Below, in pieces: positions 10,738 to 21,496 of a stretch of DNA of 64,000 bases (positions within the stretch are counted from its first letter, which is position 1; each line of letters begins with the position of its first letter). The stretch covers positions 19,901 to 83,900 of the forward strand of contig JANLFO010000003.1 in the NCBI GenBank assembly GCA_024653205.1, read 5' to 3'. A program made the position numbers and the translations under genes. The DNA is from Clostridia bacterium. GTDB taxonomy: Bacteria > Bacillota > DSM-521 > Neomoorellales > SLTJ01. The notes under the pieces are model-generated. The model searched no databases and was not told where the DNA came from. It was given only the letters and a program-made list of their open reading frames with translations.

Positions 10738-13020
10738 ATGACGAAAAGGCGAGTATACGAGCTGGCCAAGGACATGGGCCTGGGCACCAGAGAACTGGTG
10801 CGTATTCTGGAGATCCTTGGCATGACGGTAAAGTCCCATATGAGCACGGTGGAACCGGACGTAGTGGACAAGGTGGCCGAATACCTTAGGCAGGGCAGGG
10901 GACAGGGCAAACCCCCAGCGGAAGCGCGAGCCGTGGTTGCTCCGCCCAAGGAAGAACCCAGGGCGAAGTCTGCTCCGCCCAGAGCGGGAGCACGCGACCG
11001 GACTGCACCCGCGCAGCCTCCTGCGGCTGCGGCCAGGGCACCAACCGGGGAAGGCAAGACCGGTGCCCCCACGACAGAGAAGGCCGCCGCCGCACCGGCA
11101 CGCGGAACCCCCGCACCCCCGGCTCCGGATAAGCGCCGGGTAAGACCGGTTCAGGTAGCAGCCCATTCCTACCTGCCGGAGCTGGAGGAAGAAGAGGAGC
11201 CCCGGGTGAGACCCCGGCGCCGCAAGAAGGCCAGAGCCTTTCGGGAAGGACCACCCAAGCCGCCTACGGCGCCGGCCAAGAAGGTGACCCTGGAGGGCAG
11301 CCTTACCGTGCAAGAGCTCGCCAACAGGATGGGTCGCCAGGCCAACGAGATCATTCGCAAGCTCATAAGCCTGGGTATCATGGCCGGGCTAAACGACGAG
11401 CTCGATCAGGAAACCGCTGCCCTGGTCGCCGGCGAGTTCGGAGTAGAGGTTCGGCTGAGGACTGAACGCCCGGCAACCGAAATCGAGGAGCCGAAAGACG
11501 ATCCTTCGGCCATGCGCGAGCGCCCGCCGGTGGTCACGGTGATGGGGCACGTGGACCACGGCAAGACTTCCCTCCTGGACGCCATTCGGCATACCAACGT
11601 GACCGCCCAGGAGGCCGGAGGCATTACCCAGCACATCGGCGCCTACCAGGTAGAGGTTAACGGCCGCAAGATAACCTTTATCGATACCCCCGGGCACGAG
11701 GCCTTCACCTCCATGCGGGCGCGGGGCGCGCAGGTAACGGACATCGCCGTACTGGTGGTGGCGGCCGACGACGGAGTAATGCCCCAGACTGTGGAAGCCA
11801 TCAACCACGCTCGGGCTGCCGGAGTGCCCATAGTGGTGGCCATAAACAAGATGGATAAACCGGATGCCAATCCGGAACGCGTGAAACAGCAGCTTGCCGA
11901 GCACGGTCTCATTCCCGAAGAATGGGGCGGGGAGACCATCTGCGTTCCGGTTTCCGCCCTCAAGCACCAGGGCCTGGAGGATCTCCTGGAAATGCTCCTT
12001 CTGGTGGCAGATCTTCAGGGACTGTCGGCCGATCCCACCCGACCGGCCAAGGGCGTGGTTCTGGAGTCGGAGCTGGACCGCGGTCGCGGCCCCGTCGCCA
12101 CCGTCCTGGTGCAAAAAGGCACCCTGCGTGTGGGGGATAACTTCGTAGTCGGGGCCAGTTTCGGCCGGGTTCGGGCCATGCTGGACGACCAGGGCCGGAC
12201 GGTAAAGGAGGCCGGCCCTTCCATGCCGGTGCGGGTGTTAGGGCTGGAGGAGGTTCCCCAGGCGGGGGATATTCTCCAGGTTGTTCCCGACGATAAGACC
12301 GCCCGAGAAGTAGCCGAGGCGCGACGGGCCGAACAGCGGCGCGGCCTGCCTCAGGAGCGGCCGACTTCCCTGGAGGATCTTTTCCGGCAAGTAGAAGCCA
12401 AGGAAACCAAAGAACTAAACGTGATCGTAAAGGCCGACGTACACGGTTCGGTGGAGGCGGTAAGGCACGCCCTGGAGAGACTGGGCAACGAGGAAGTCAA
12501 GATCCGGGTAATCCACGGCGGAGTAGGCGCCATCAGCGAAAGCGACGTGATGTTGGCGTCGGCTTCCCGGGCCATGATAGTGGGCTTCAACGTGCGGCCG
12601 GAGCCGGGGGCCCGGCACGCGGCCGATGAGGAGAAGGTAGAAATACGGCTGTACCGGGTGATCTACGAACTTCTGGAGGAGATGAAGTCCTTACTCAGCG
12701 GCCTGCTGGAGCCGGAAATCCGGGAGGTGCAGCTGGGCCGGGCCGAAGTCAGGGCCACGTTCCATGTGCCCAAAGTGGGAGTGGTGGCCGGGTGCTACGT
12801 GCTGGAGGGTAAGGTAGCCAGGAATGCCTTGGCCCGCCTGATCCGAGACGGAAAGGTAATCTACGAGGGCCGGGTCGGCTCACTTAAGCGCTTCAAGGAC
12901 GACGCGCGCGAGGTAGTGCAGGGCTACGAGTGCGGTATCGGGCTGGAGAATTATAACGATATCAAGGTAGGAGATACCATCGAGGCCTACGTGCAGGAAA
13001 AGGTCAAGAGGGAACTGTAG
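10738..13020 (+). CDS. infB: translation initiation factor IF-2
   Basis: 760 aa. Ala/Pro/Arg-rich N-terminal region, then the GTPase domain ([26 protein letters not shown]) and C-terminal domains. Confidence 0.97.
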   Translation: MTKRRVYELAKDMGLGTRELVRILEILGMTVKSHMSTVEPDVVDKVAEYLRQGRGQGKPPAEARAVVAPPKEEPRAKSAPPRAGARDRTAPAQPPAAAARAPTGEGKTGAPTTEKAAAAPARGTPAPPAPDKRRVRPVQVAAHSYLPELEEEEEPRVRPRRRKKARAFREGPPKPPTAPAKKVTLEGSLTVQELANRMGRQANEIIRKLISLGIMAGLNDELDQETAALVAGEFGVEVRLRTERPATEIEEPKDDPSAMRERPPVVTVMGHVDHGKTSLLDAIRHTNVTAQEAGGITQHIGAYQVEVNGRKITFIDTPGHEAFTSMRARGAQVTDIAVLVVAADDGVMPQTVEAINHARAAGVPIVVAINKMDKPDANPERVKQQLAEHGLIPEEWGGETICVPVSALKHQGLEDLLEMLLLVADLQGLSADPTRPAKGVVLESELDRGRGPVATVLVQKGTLRVGDNFVVGASFGRVRAMLDDQGRTVKEAGPSMPVRVLGLEEVPQAGDILQVVPDDKTAREVAEARRAEQRRGLPQERPTSLEDLFRQVEAKETKELNVIVKADVHGSVEAVRHALERLGNEEVKIRVIHGGVGAISESDVMLASASRAMIVGFNVRPEPGARHAADEEKVEIRLYRVIYELLEEMKSLLSGLLEPEIREVQLGRAEVRATFHVPKVGVVAGCYVLEGKVARNALARLIRDGKVIYEGRVGSLKRFKDDAREVVQGYECGIGLENYNDIKVGDTIEAYVQEKVKREL

Positions 13021-13040
13021 GCGGAAGAGGGGAAGAAGCC

Positions 13041-13442
13041 ATGGCCCGGCAACGGGTACAGCGGGTGGCCGAGCAGATAAAGAAGGAGATAGCGTCCATT
13101 CTGAAGCACGAGATGAAAGATCCCCGGCTCGGTTTCGTCAGCGTAACCGACGTGGAGCTATCTCCCGACCTTCACTACGCCAAGGTCTACGTCAGTGTTC
13201 TGGGGGATGATCAGGCCCAGAGGGAGAGTCTGGAGGTACTCAACAAGGCCACCGGCTTCGTCCGTCGCGAGATCGGTGAGCGGCTATCCCTCAGATTCGT
13301 TCCGGAGCTGGCCTTTAGGTTCGATCCTTCCATCCAGCGGGGAGCCCGCATCGCCGAGCTTCTACACCAACTGCGGCGGGAGCAAGGGGAGACCTCAGGA
13401 ACAGATAACGGAGAAAGCAAGCATGAACCGGCCGATGAATGA
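13041..13442 (+). CDS. rbfA: 30S ribosome-binding factor RbfA
   Basis: RVAEQIKKEIASIL...DPRLGFVSVTDVELSPDLHYAKVYVSV is canonical RbfA. An acidic tail follows. Confidence 0.93.
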   Translation: MARQRVQRVAEQIKKEIASILKHEMKDPRLGFVSVTDVELSPDLHYAKVYVSVLGDDQAQRESLEVLNKATGFVRREIGERLSLRFVPELAFRFDPSIQRGARIAELLHQLRREQGETSGTDNGESKHEPADE

Positions 13443-14412
13443 TGACCTAACCGCCTTGGCAACGGTCCTGGAGGATGCCGAGGAGCTACTGGTAGTCACC
13501 CACCAGATAGCCGACGGCGATTGTTTGGGCTCCATGCTGGCAGCCTACCTGGCCTTTAATCGGGGCCGCCGCCGGGTCCGGGCGGTGCATCCCGAACCGG
13601 TTCCGGCCATTTACCGCTTCCTGCCGCGCTGGGAGGCAATAGAGCCGCCCCGAGTTCTTACCGAGGCGCCCAGGGCGGCGCTGGTGCTGGACTGTACGGA
13701 CCCGGCCCGGGTGGGGCAGGAACTGGCGTTGCTGCTGGAGAGAGTTTCTCTCATTGTCAACGTGGATCATCACCTGGGCAACCGTTATTTCGGCCACCTC
13801 AACTACGTGCGACCCGAGGCGGCGGCCACCGCCGAGTTGATTTACGACCTGCTGGAAACCATGGGTATCGGCCTTACGCCGGAAATAGCCCTGGCCCTTT
13901 ACACCGGGCTGGTAACCGATACCGGTTGCTTCCAATTCGAGAACACTTCCCCCCGCAGTCACCTTATTGCCGCCCGCCTGCTGGAGGCGGGTGTGGCTCC
14001 CCAGGAGGTACACCGGCAACTTTGGGAGGAAAAGCCGCTGGTCACCCTGCGGCTACTGGAAAAGGTGCTATCTACCTTAAGCTTTGCCGCCGACGGTCGG
14101 GTAGCCTGGGTCACGGTAACTCAGGCGGTGCTGGCCGCCGTAGGGGCAGAGGCGGAACACTGCGAGGGGCTGATCGAATACCCCCGGTCGGTGGCCGGAG
14201 TAGAAGTGGCCTTACTCTTTCGAGAAACCGAAACGGGCGAAACCAAGGTGGGCTTTCGCTCTAAGCAGAAGGTTGACGTAAACCGTCTGGCGGCAAGGTT
14301 CGGTGGGGGTGGCCACCGCCGCGCCGCCGGCTGTCGCCTCCGATTGCCGCTGGAACGGGCCGTACCCCTGGTGGTGGAGGCCGCCGCCGAAGCCCTGCGC
14401 GAAGAGGACTAG
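13423..14412 (+). CDS. nrnA: DHH/DHHA1 phosphoesterase (NrnA-like bifunctional oligoribonuclease/pAp phosphatase)
   Basis: ADGDCLGS, NVDHH, DTGCF and GGGH motifs. ATG 13423 overlaps the rbfA tail by 20 nt; ATG 13435 is an alternative. Confidence 0.85.
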   Translation: MNRPMNDDLTALATVLEDAEELLVVTHQIADGDCLGSMLAAYLAFNRGRRRVRAVHPEPVPAIYRFLPRWEAIEPPRVLTEAPRAALVLDCTDPARVGQELALLLERVSLIVNVDHHLGNRYFGHLNYVRPEAAATAELIYDLLETMGIGLTPEIALALYTGLVTDTGCFQFENTSPRSHLIAARLLEAGVAPQEVHRQLWEEKPLVTLRLLEKVLSTLSFAADGRVAWVTVTQAVLAAVGAEAEHCEGLIEYPRSVAGVEVALLFRETETGETKVGFRSKQKVDVNRLAARFGGGGHRRAAGCRLRLPLERAVPLVVEAAAEALREED

Positions 14413-14413
14413 C

Positions 14414-15334
14414 ATGGACGGCTTCCTGTGCGTACTCAAGCCTCCCGGCATGACCTCCCATGACCTGGTAGCGGAGGTCCGGCGGCTGACCGGGCAGAGA
14501 CGGGTGGGCCACGCCGGTACTCTGGATCCCGACGCCGCCGGGGTGCTCCCCATGGGACTGGGTAAGGCCACCCGTCTGCTGGAGTTTGCCCGGGACGAGC
14601 CGAAGGCCTACCGCTGCCAGATGATACTCGGACTGACCACCACCACCCAGGATCTGAGCGGGGCGGTGCTGGAACGCCGTCCGGTAGGCGACCTAACGCC
14701 CGGGCAGGTCCGCGAAGTGCTGCGAGAGTTCGAGGGTGAGTATCGGCAGCTACCCCCGATGTTCAGCGCCCGGCACCACCGGGGGCGCCGCCTGTACGAG
14801 TGGGCCCGTGAGGGGATAGAAGTAGAGCGCCGGCCGCACCCGGTTTACATCTACGGTATCAGGCTCTTGGACCTCCGGCGGGAACAGGGGCGGTGGGGGG
14901 TTCTCCTGGACGTGAGTTGCTCCTCGGGCACCTATATACGCACCCTCTGCGCAGACATAGGCACGAGGCTGGGCTGCGGAGGCTGCCTGGCCTTTCTCAT
15001 CCGTACCCGCGTAGGCCCGTTCCGGTTGGAGGCCAGCCTTACCCGCGAGGAACTGGCCGACGCAGGCCGAGAAGGCATAAATCGGACTTTCCTTCTTCCT
15101 CCGGATTTCGTCCTGCAATCGCTGCCCCAGGCCCGGGTGCCGCCGGCGGTTCTCAGACCGGTCCTCAACGGCAACCCCGTTCCCGTCACGACCGTAGAAT
15201 GGGCGGGGAAAGGTGTCGCGGAGGAAGGCCGGCCGGTGCGGCTCTATGCCCCCGACGGCCGGCTGGTAGCCGTGGGAAGGGTAGAGGGATCCCGCATCAA
15301 TATGCTCAAGGTGCTGGGTTGGGAGGAGAAATAA
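14414..15334 (+). CDS. truB: tRNA pseudouridine(55) synthase
   Basis: MDGFLCVLKPPGMTSHDLV...GHAGTLDPDAAGVLP catalytic Asp motif. C-terminal PUA-like region. ATG 14414 comes directly after the nrnA stop. Confidence 0.94.
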   Translation: MDGFLCVLKPPGMTSHDLVAEVRRLTGQRRVGHAGTLDPDAAGVLPMGLGKATRLLEFARDEPKAYRCQMILGLTTTTQDLSGAVLERRPVGDLTPGQVREVLREFEGEYRQLPPMFSARHHRGRRLYEWAREGIEVERRPHPVYIYGIRLLDLRREQGRWGVLLDVSCSSGTYIRTLCADIGTRLGCGGCLAFLIRTRVGPFRLEASLTREELADAGREGINRTFLLPPDFVLQSLPQARVPPAVLRPVLNGNPVPVTTVEWAGKGVAEEGRPVRLYAPDGRLVAVGRVEGSRINMLKVLGWEEK

Positions 15335-15335
15335 G

Positions 15336-16271
15336 GTGAAAGTCATCGTCCCTCCGCCTTACCCGTTCCTGTCCGATTCGATAGTCACCGTGGGTAGCTT
15401 CGACGGCATCCACCTGGGACATGCCCGACTTATCCGCCGGGCGGTGGCCGGGGCCAACCGGGACGGCCTGCCGGCGGTTCTGCTCACCTTTTCTCCGCAC
15501 CCCCAGGAGGTATTAAAGGGCAGGCCGCTGCCCCAGTTGCTGTCCCCGGCGGACCGGGAAGCGCTGCTGGCGAGCCTGGGGGTCCAGGTGTTGGTCTATT
15601 GGCCTTTTTCTACCCGGCTAATGTCCCTATCCCCGGAAGAATTCGTGGAGCGCCTTCTGGTGCCGCATTTCCGGCCCCGCGCCGTGTTCGTAGGCTTCAA
15701 CTTTACCTTCGGCCACCGCGCCAAGGGAACGGCCGAAACCTTGAGGGCTTTGGGCCACAAGGCCGGATTCGAAGTCTGGGTTGAGCCGCCGGTGACGGTG
15801 GACGGGCTGGTGGTAAGCAGCAGTGCGGTGCGCGCCGCCCTCGGCCGGGGCGACGTCCTTACCGCCCGGAGACTCCTCGGTTACTGGCCGTTCCTTCGCG
15901 GCCGGGTGGCCCCCGGGGAAGGCCGGGGCCGCCACCTGGGTTTTCCCACGGCCAACCTCGAGCCTCCCGAGGAAGTCCTGTGCCCGCAGGAGGGCGTGTA
16001 CGCCGCCTTTGCCGACCTCGGGCCCCAACGTTGGCCGGCGGTACTGAACATAGGCCACCGCCCCACCTTCGGTTGCGACCTTCCCCGGACGGTGGAGGTC
16101 TTTCTTCTGGACTACCGGGGGGAAGAGCTTTACGGTCGGGAACTCAGGGTCGAGTTCAGAGGACGGCTGCGCCCGGAGCGCCGGTTCACCCACGCGCAGG
16201 AACTGGCTGCCCAGATTGCCAGGGATGTGGCCGAGGCCAGACGCCTGCTGACCGCGTCCGTGGAACCCTAA
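15336..16271 (+). CDS. ribF: bifunctional riboflavin kinase / FAD synthetase
   Basis: GSFDGIHLGH (nucleotidyltransferase), and a C-terminal kinase module GRHLGFPTANL...GVYA...NIGHRPTF. Confidence 0.94.
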   Translation: MKVIVPPPYPFLSDSIVTVGSFDGIHLGHARLIRRAVAGANRDGLPAVLLTFSPHPQEVLKGRPLPQLLSPADREALLASLGVQVLVYWPFSTRLMSLSPEEFVERLLVPHFRPRAVFVGFNFTFGHRAKGTAETLRALGHKAGFEVWVEPPVTVDGLVVSSSAVRAALGRGDVLTARRLLGYWPFLRGRVAPGEGRGRHLGFPTANLEPPEEVLCPQEGVYAAFADLGPQRWPAVLNIGHRPTFGCDLPRTVEVFLLDYRGEELYGRELRVEFRGRLRPERRFTHAQELAAQIARDVAEARRLLTASVEP

Positions 16272-16335
16272 GCACGCCCTTCCGGCCGGAAACGTAATAT
16301 GGGTTAGGCAAGGCTGGGCCGGGAAGGGATGACAG

Positions 16336-16563
16336 GTGCGGGTCATTCTCAGCCGACACGCCCGCCGTCGGCTCATGGAATTGAGGCAAGAAGGAATCAC
16401 CTTGGAGGACGTGGTGGACGCGGCCCGGCGCCTGCCGGGGCGTCTGCCGACGGCTACCCGCTTCCGGGGTTTCATCTCCGTCGGCGGCCGGGTATTCGAC
16501 CTGGTAGCCAAGGATACGGTTGCCGGCCGCCTGGTAATAACTATAATCGGTCAAAAAAATTGA
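16336..16563 (+). CDS. hypothetical small protein, DUF4258-like (75 aa)
   Basis: GTG start 6 nt after GGGAAGGGA. ILSRHARRRLMELRQEGITLEDVVDA...LVITII resembles the DUF4258 pattern (HA..Rm.eRgIt.edv ... viTv). No adjacent partner ORF. Confidence 0.4.
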   Translation: MRVILSRHARRRLMELRQEGITLEDVVDAARRLPGRLPTATRFRGFISVGGRVFDLVAKDTVAGRLVITIIGQKN

Positions 16564-16564
16564 G

Positions 16565-16593
16565 TTGCTAAGCGTACAGGCTTACACTATAAT
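16565..16593 (+). promoter_or_regulatory. sigma-A-type promoter for rpsO
   Basis: TTGCTA (16565-16570), 17-nt spacer, TATAAT (16588-16593), 35 nt upstream of the rpsO start. Confidence 0.65.
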
Positions 16594-16628
16594 TATTGCA
16601 GGATTGGGTTAGGCAGGAGGTGAAACCG

Positions 16629-16898
16629 TTGGGGCTAGAAACGGCCAGAAAGAGAGAGATAATCGGCGCCCATCGGCGGCACGAACAGGATACCGGGTCC
16701 CCTGAGGTACAGATAGCCCTGCTCACCGAGCGCATAAACCATCTGACCGAGCACCTGCGGACCCACCGCAAGGATTTTCACTCGCGGCGGGGCCTGCTGA
16801 AGATGGTCGGCCACCGGAGGCGCTTGCTCAACTACCTGCAGGAGAAGGATGCCGACAGGTATCAAGAACTGTTGAAGGCGCTGGGGCTACGGCGGTGA
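16629..16898 (+). CDS. rpsO: 30S ribosomal protein S15
   Basis: TTG 16629 lies 8 nt after AGGAGG and gives the canonical 89 aa. The sequence [23 protein letters not shown]...[20 protein letters not shown] is typical. Confidence 0.95.
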   Translation: MGLETARKREIIGAHRRHEQDTGSPEVQIALLTERINHLTEHLRTHRKDFHSRRGLLKMVGHRRRLLNYLQEKDADRYQELLKALGLRR

Positions 16899-16918
16899 AA
16901 GCCCACCCCGCTTTTTTT
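16892..16918 (+). terminator. putative intrinsic terminator/attenuator between rpsO and pnp
   Basis: GC stem (GCGGTG / CACC(CC)GC with a 2-nt bulge, loop AAAGCC) followed by TTTTTTT at 16912-16918. Confidence 0.5.
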
Positions 16919-16950
16919 ATGGTTGCAAAAGGAGGTCAACGATAGCGTAG

Positions 16951-19161
16951 ATGTCGGTTTTGCGGAAGACTTTGTCTTTGGCAGGGCGAGACTTGATTGT
17001 GGAAACCGGCAGGGTAGCCGGTCAGGCCGGAGGCAGCGTGCTCGCCAGCTACGGCGATACCGTGGTGCTGGTAACCGCTACCGCCTCTGCCGAACCGCGG
17101 GAAGGGATCGACTTCTTCCCCCTTACCGTCGACTACGAGGAGAGGCATTATGCCGTCGGCCGCATTCCCGGCGGCTTCATCAAGCGCGAAGGCCGTCCCA
17201 GCGAGAAAGCCATCCTGTCCGCGCGTCTCATCGACCGCCCGATCCGGCCGCTGTTTCCCTCCGGCTATCGGAACGACGTACACGTGGTGGCTACCATTTT
17301 GTCCGTCGATCAGGACAACCCGCCCGACGTCCTGGCGGTCAACGGGGCTTCGGCCGCCTTGACCCTGAGCGAGATCCCCTTTGGCGGGCCTATCGGCTGC
17401 GTATTGGTCGGTCTGGTAGACGACGAACTGGTGGTCAATCCCACCCTCCAGCAACAGGAGAAGAGCCGCCTCCACCTGGTGGTAGCCGGAACCAGGGAAG
17501 CGGTGATGATGGTGGAGGCCGGAGCCGAGGAGGTTCCCGAGGAAGTAGTCCTGGAGGCCATTGCCCTCGGGCATCGGGAAATACAGAGGATCGTCGACTT
17601 CCTGGAGGATCTCCGGCAGGAGGCCCTAAACTCAGGTCTGGCCAAGGAGAAGCAGAGCGTTACCGAACCGGTACTGCCTGCAGAATGGGAAGAAGACCTG
17701 GCGCCCCCCGCCGAGGACATTCTCCGCGCGGCGCTGGAATCCTGTCTTAGCCAACGGGCCGATAAGAAAGCGCGCGAGCAGCGCCTCGAAGAGGCCAAGC
17801 AGGCCGCGTGGGAGAAATTCCTTGAGCTGTCGGGCACTCAAGAGCCGGACGAGCAGTTAGGCAGCCTGGTAAAGGCTTTTCTGGATAAGCTGGCGAAGAA
17901 TCTGGTTAGGCAGATTATCGTCAATCGAGGGCTGCGTCCCGACGGGCGCAGGTGGGAGGAGATCAGACCGATAAGCTGCGAGGTCGGGGTCCTGCCCAGG
18001 ACGCACGGTTCCGCCCTGTTTACGCGGGGTGAAACCCAGGTGCTGACCGTGGCCACACTGGGAGCGGTAAGCGACGAGCAGATCCTGGACGGCCTGGGAG
18101 TGGAAGAATCTAAGCGTTTCATGCATCATTACAACATGCCCCCCTACAGCACGGGCGAGGCCCGTCCCATCCGCGCTCCCTCGCGCCGGGAGATCGGGCA
18201 CGGCGCCCTGGCAGAGAGGGCTCTCGAAAGGGTACTCCCCGGGGAAGAGGAGTTTCCCTATACCATTCGTCTCGTTTCCGAAGTACTGTCCTCTAACGGT
18301 TCAACCTCCATGGCCAGCGTCTGCGGGAGTACACTGGCCCTGATGGATGCCGGCGTGCCCATCAAGGCGCCGGTGGCAGGTATAGCCATGGGCCTGGTCA
18401 AGGAAGGGGACGCCACCGTGGTGCTCTCCGACATCCAGGGTCTGGAAGACGCCCTGGGGGACATGGACTTTAAGGTGGCAGGGACGGAAAAGGGAATCTG
18501 CGCCCTGCAAATGGACATCAAGGTCCCGGGAATAGGGACGGAGCTCCTGGCCCGCGCCCTGGAGCAGGCCCGCCGGGGCCGGCTGGAGATTCTGCAAAAA
18601 ATGCTGGCGGTCATAGACAAACCTCGGCCGGAAATCTCGCCCCTGGCTCCGCGTATACTCCGAATCAAGGTCGACCCGGACAAGATCCGGGATATCATCG
18701 GTCCGGGCGGGAAGATCATCAAGAAGATCATCGATGAAACCGGTGCTAAGATAGACATCGAAGACGACGGTACGGTCTTCATCGCCGCAGCGGACGGCGA
18801 GGCCGGCCGGCGCACGGTGGAAATCATCGAAGCCTTAACCAAAGAGGTAGAAATCGGCCAGATCTACACCGGCCGCGTGACCCGGACTACCGATTTCGGG
18901 GCGTTTGTGGAGATCATCCCGGGCGTGCTCGGCCTACCGGGTAAGGAAGGCCTGGTGCACATCTCGCAGCTGGCCGAAGGGCGGGTAGGCCGGGTGGAAG
19001 ACGTGGTGAAGCAGGGAGAAGAAATTCTGGTTAAGGCCATTGGCTTTGATCCGCAAGGACGATTGCGCCTCTCGCGCCGGGAGGCGGTAAGGGCAGAGGT
19101 GCAACCGGATAAACCCGGCGGCTATAGCCGGGTACGGCCGAAAAGGCGGCGGCCGCAGTGA
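16951..19161 (+). CDS. pnp: polyribonucleotide nucleotidyltransferase (PNPase)
   Basis: 736 aa. Two RNase PH domains, KH ([12 protein letters not shown]) and S1 ([18 protein letters not shown]), with a basic tail. Confidence 0.97.
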   Translation: MSVLRKTLSLAGRDLIVETGRVAGQAGGSVLASYGDTVVLVTATASAEPREGIDFFPLTVDYEERHYAVGRIPGGFIKREGRPSEKAILSARLIDRPIRPLFPSGYRNDVHVVATILSVDQDNPPDVLAVNGASAALTLSEIPFGGPIGCVLVGLVDDELVVNPTLQQQEKSRLHLVVAGTREAVMMVEAGAEEVPEEVVLEAIALGHREIQRIVDFLEDLRQEALNSGLAKEKQSVTEPVLPAEWEEDLAPPAEDILRAALESCLSQRADKKAREQRLEEAKQAAWEKFLELSGTQEPDEQLGSLVKAFLDKLAKNLVRQIIVNRGLRPDGRRWEEIRPISCEVGVLPRTHGSALFTRGETQVLTVATLGAVSDEQILDGLGVEESKRFMHHYNMPPYSTGEARPIRAPSRREIGHGALAERALERVLPGEEEFPYTIRLVSEVLSSNGSTSMASVCGSTLALMDAGVPIKAPVAGIAMGLVKEGDATVVLSDIQGLEDALGDMDFKVAGTEKGICALQMDIKVPGIGTELLARALEQARRGRLEILQKMLAVIDKPRPEISPLAPRILRIKVDPDKIRDIIGPGGKIIKKIIDETGAKIDIEDDGTVFIAAADGEAGRRTVEIIEALTKEVEIGQIYTGRVTRTTDFGAFVEIIPGVLGLPGKEGLVHISQLAEGRVGRVEDVVKQGEEILVKAIGFDPQGRLRLSRREAVRAEVQPDKPGGYSRVRPKRRRPQ

Positions 19162-19210
19162 GCCGGTCGCCTTTCTAGTTTTCCGGTTCAAGGGGGGAGG
19201 AATAAAGGCT

Positions 19211-20059
19211 ATGGAGGTAAAAAAGATCTTGGTGGTAGGCGCGGGACAGATGGGCGCCGGAATCGCCCAGGTAGCCGCTCAGGCCGGACTGGAGGTAGTC
19301 GTAAACGACGTGGCCGATGAGTTCCTGGAGCGCGGGCTGAGGATTATTGACCAGAATCTGGAACGCAACGTGGCCAAAGGGAAGCTCACGGCCGAGGAGA
19401 AGGCTGCAGTCATGGGCCGGATTCGCACCAGCCTTGACCTGGCGGCCGGGGCCGACGCGGATCTGGCCATAGAGGCGGTAATCGAGAACCTGGAAACCAA
19501 GAAGCGGGTATTCCAGAACCTGGATGCGGTGCTTTCCTCCGAAGCCATCCTGGCGAGCAACACCTCTTCCCTTTCTATCACCCAATTGGCAGCCTTCACC
19601 AAGAACCCGGCCCGGGTGGTGGGAATGCATTTCTTCAACCCGGTGCCGGTCATGCAACTGGTGGAGGTTATATCCGGCCTGGCCACCAACCCGGCAGTAG
19701 TGGAGACGGCCATGGAAACCTGCCGCCGGGTAGGGAAGACTCCCGTACTGATCAAGGATTCTCCCGGCTTTGCCGTGAACCGCCTGCTGATTCCCATGCT
19801 CAACGAGGCCATCTACGCCGTGTACGAGGGCGTGGGTTCACCGGAGGACATCGATACGGTGATGAAACTGGGGGCCAATCATCCCATGGGTCCCCTGGCG
19901 CTGGCAGACTTGATCGGGCTGGATACGGTGCTGGCCATCATGGAAGTGCTGTACCAGAATTTCGGCGATCCCAAGTACCGACCCTGCCCGTTGCTGCGCC
20001 AATACGTGCAGGCGGGCTGGTTGGGTCGCAAGACCGGACGGGGCTTCTACCAGTACTAG
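19211..20059 (+). CDS. hbd: 3-hydroxybutyryl-CoA / 3-hydroxyacyl-CoA dehydrogenase
   Basis: VVGAGQMGAGIAQV Rossmann motif, SNTSSLSIT, HFFNPVPVMQLVEV, GFAVNRLL, HPMGPLALADLIGLD. Confidence 0.92.
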   Translation: MEVKKILVVGAGQMGAGIAQVAAQAGLEVVVNDVADEFLERGLRIIDQNLERNVAKGKLTAEEKAAVMGRIRTSLDLAAGADADLAIEAVIENLETKKRVFQNLDAVLSSEAILASNTSSLSITQLAAFTKNPARVVGMHFFNPVPVMQLVEVISGLATNPAVVETAMETCRRVGKTPVLIKDSPGFAVNRLLIPMLNEAIYAVYEGVGSPEDIDTVMKLGANHPMGPLALADLIGLDTVLAIMEVLYQNFGDPKYRPCPLLRQYVQAGWLGRKTGRGFYQY

Positions 20060-20212
20060 CACAGCCGGCGGGCTGACAAGGTGGCGGCTGCGGGGGTCCG
20101 GCCAACGGGTCGTTTCCCCCAGTCGCCCTTTGTTGTGTCCGGGCCACCACGGACCCGTAGTCACCATGACCCCTGCAGTTACATTAACAGAGGAGGACGC
20201 ATTCCGACCGAC

Positions 20213-21478
20213 ATGTACCAGAAAACAGTACTACCAAACGGCACCCGCCTGGTGGTCGAGGAAATCCCGTATTTCCGCTCTGCAGCCATCGGGATATGGG
20301 TGAGGGCGGGCTCGCGAGACGAGGATCTGTCGATCCGCGGGGTTTCGCATTTTCTCGAGCACCTGCTCTTCAAAGGCACTTCGCGCCGCTCCGCCAGACA
20401 GATCGCCCAGGAGCTGGACGCCGTTGGCGGCGTGCTCAACGCCTTTACCACCAAGGAATACACCTGCTTTTACGCCAAGGTCCTGGCCGAACACCTTCCG
20501 ATGGCGGTGGACGTTCTGGCGGACATGTTCTTCAATTCCCTGATGGCGGAGAGAGACATCGAACGGGAGAAGCGGGTTATACTGGAGGAAATCCGCCTGT
20601 ACGACGACTCGCCCGACGAACTCGTGCACGACTTGTTTGCCCAGGCCCTGTGGCCCCACCACCCGCTGGGATGGAGCGTGCTGGGCACGTACGACACCGT
20701 AGGCGGCCTTAACCGGTCACGAATCCTTTCCTACTACCATGACCTCTACACGCCCGAGAATACGGTGGTGGCCGTGGCCGGAGGGGTATCGGCCTCCCAG
20801 ACCGTAGAACTCCTGGCCCCCGTATTCGGCTCCCGAAAGGGTCAGGGCCGGAACCGCTCAACCGAGCCGCCCCGGTCCCAGGCCACGGTTCGGCTTACGC
20901 CCCGGGACACGGAGCAGGTCCAGCTCTGTCTGGGTACCCCCGGGCTGGCCCAGGACGATCCCCGCGTTTACGCCCTTCAGATCCTGAATAACGTGACGGG
21001 CGGGGGCTTGAGCTCCCGGCTCTTTCAGGAGGTCCGGGAAGAGAGGGGGCTGGCCTATTCCGTGTATTCCTACCACAGCGCCTACATGGACGGGGGTCTT
21101 TTCGCCGTGTATGCCGGGACCGGTCCGGGCGCGGTGAAGGAGGTAGTGGGCCTGGTCTTGAAGGAATTGGGGCGGCTCAAGAGGGAGCCCATCAGTGAGG
21201 AAGAGCTGCACCGGGCCAAGGAGCAGATCCGGGGGAATCTCTTGCTCAACCTGGAGAACGTGAGCTATCGTATGAGCCGGCTGGGAAAGAGCGAGCTGTG
21301 CTACGGCCGGATCATAACTACCGAGGAGATATTGGAGAACGTCAATAAGGTTACCCGCGAAGAGGTGCAGGAGGTGGCCGAACGCCTGTTCGTGCCGGAG
21401 AAATTCGCTCTAACCGCCATCGGCCCTCTAGGCAGGGAGGTCGATCTGGAAGGCCTGCTTGCCGAGGCGGGGCTGTAG
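20213..21478 (+). CDS. M16 family zinc peptidase (YmxG/MlpA-like)
   Basis: ATG 20213 follows AGAGGAGGA. Inverted zinc motif HFLEHLLFKG and EREKRVILEEI. 421 aa. The track ORF's extra 44 codons are an artefact. Confidence 0.9.
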   Translation: MYQKTVLPNGTRLVVEEIPYFRSAAIGIWVRAGSRDEDLSIRGVSHFLEHLLFKGTSRRSARQIAQELDAVGGVLNAFTTKEYTCFYAKVLAEHLPMAVDVLADMFFNSLMAERDIEREKRVILEEIRLYDDSPDELVHDLFAQALWPHHPLGWSVLGTYDTVGGLNRSRILSYYHDLYTPENTVVAVAGGVSASQTVELLAPVFGSRKGQGRNRSTEPPRSQATVRLTPRDTEQVQLCLGTPGLAQDDPRVYALQILNNVTGGGLSSRLFQEVREERGLAYSVYSYHSAYMDGGLFAVYAGTGPGAVKEVVGLVLKELGRLKREPISEEELHRAKEQIRGNLLLNLENVSYRMSRLGKSELCYGRIITTEEILENVNKVTREEVQEVAERLFVPEKFALTAIGPLGREVDLEGLLAEAGL

Positions 21479-21496
21479 GGCAAAGGGGGCAGCCGA

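Noticed and set aside
10900-11300. Apparent repetitive Ala/Pro/Arg-rich coding stretch in infB, and a similar acidic stretch in ispH-rpsA. Considered as tandem DNA repeats.
   Set aside because: This is low-complexity composition without a discernible repeating nucleotide unit, which is typical of IF-2 N-terminal regions.
9547-11313. 588-aa minus-strand ORF spanning nusA-ylxR-infB.
   Set aside because: It is antisense to three well-supported genes. Its composition is Gly/Arg/Pro/Leu-rich with no motifs, as expected for stop-poor antisense frames in roughly 65% GC DNA. The same reasoning applies to 27642-29162(-), 46032-47438(+), 47541-48326(+), 49926-51047(-), 50222-51205(+), 53837-55417(+), 56505-57602(+), 60536-62068(+), 40872-41741(+) and 39162-39866(-).
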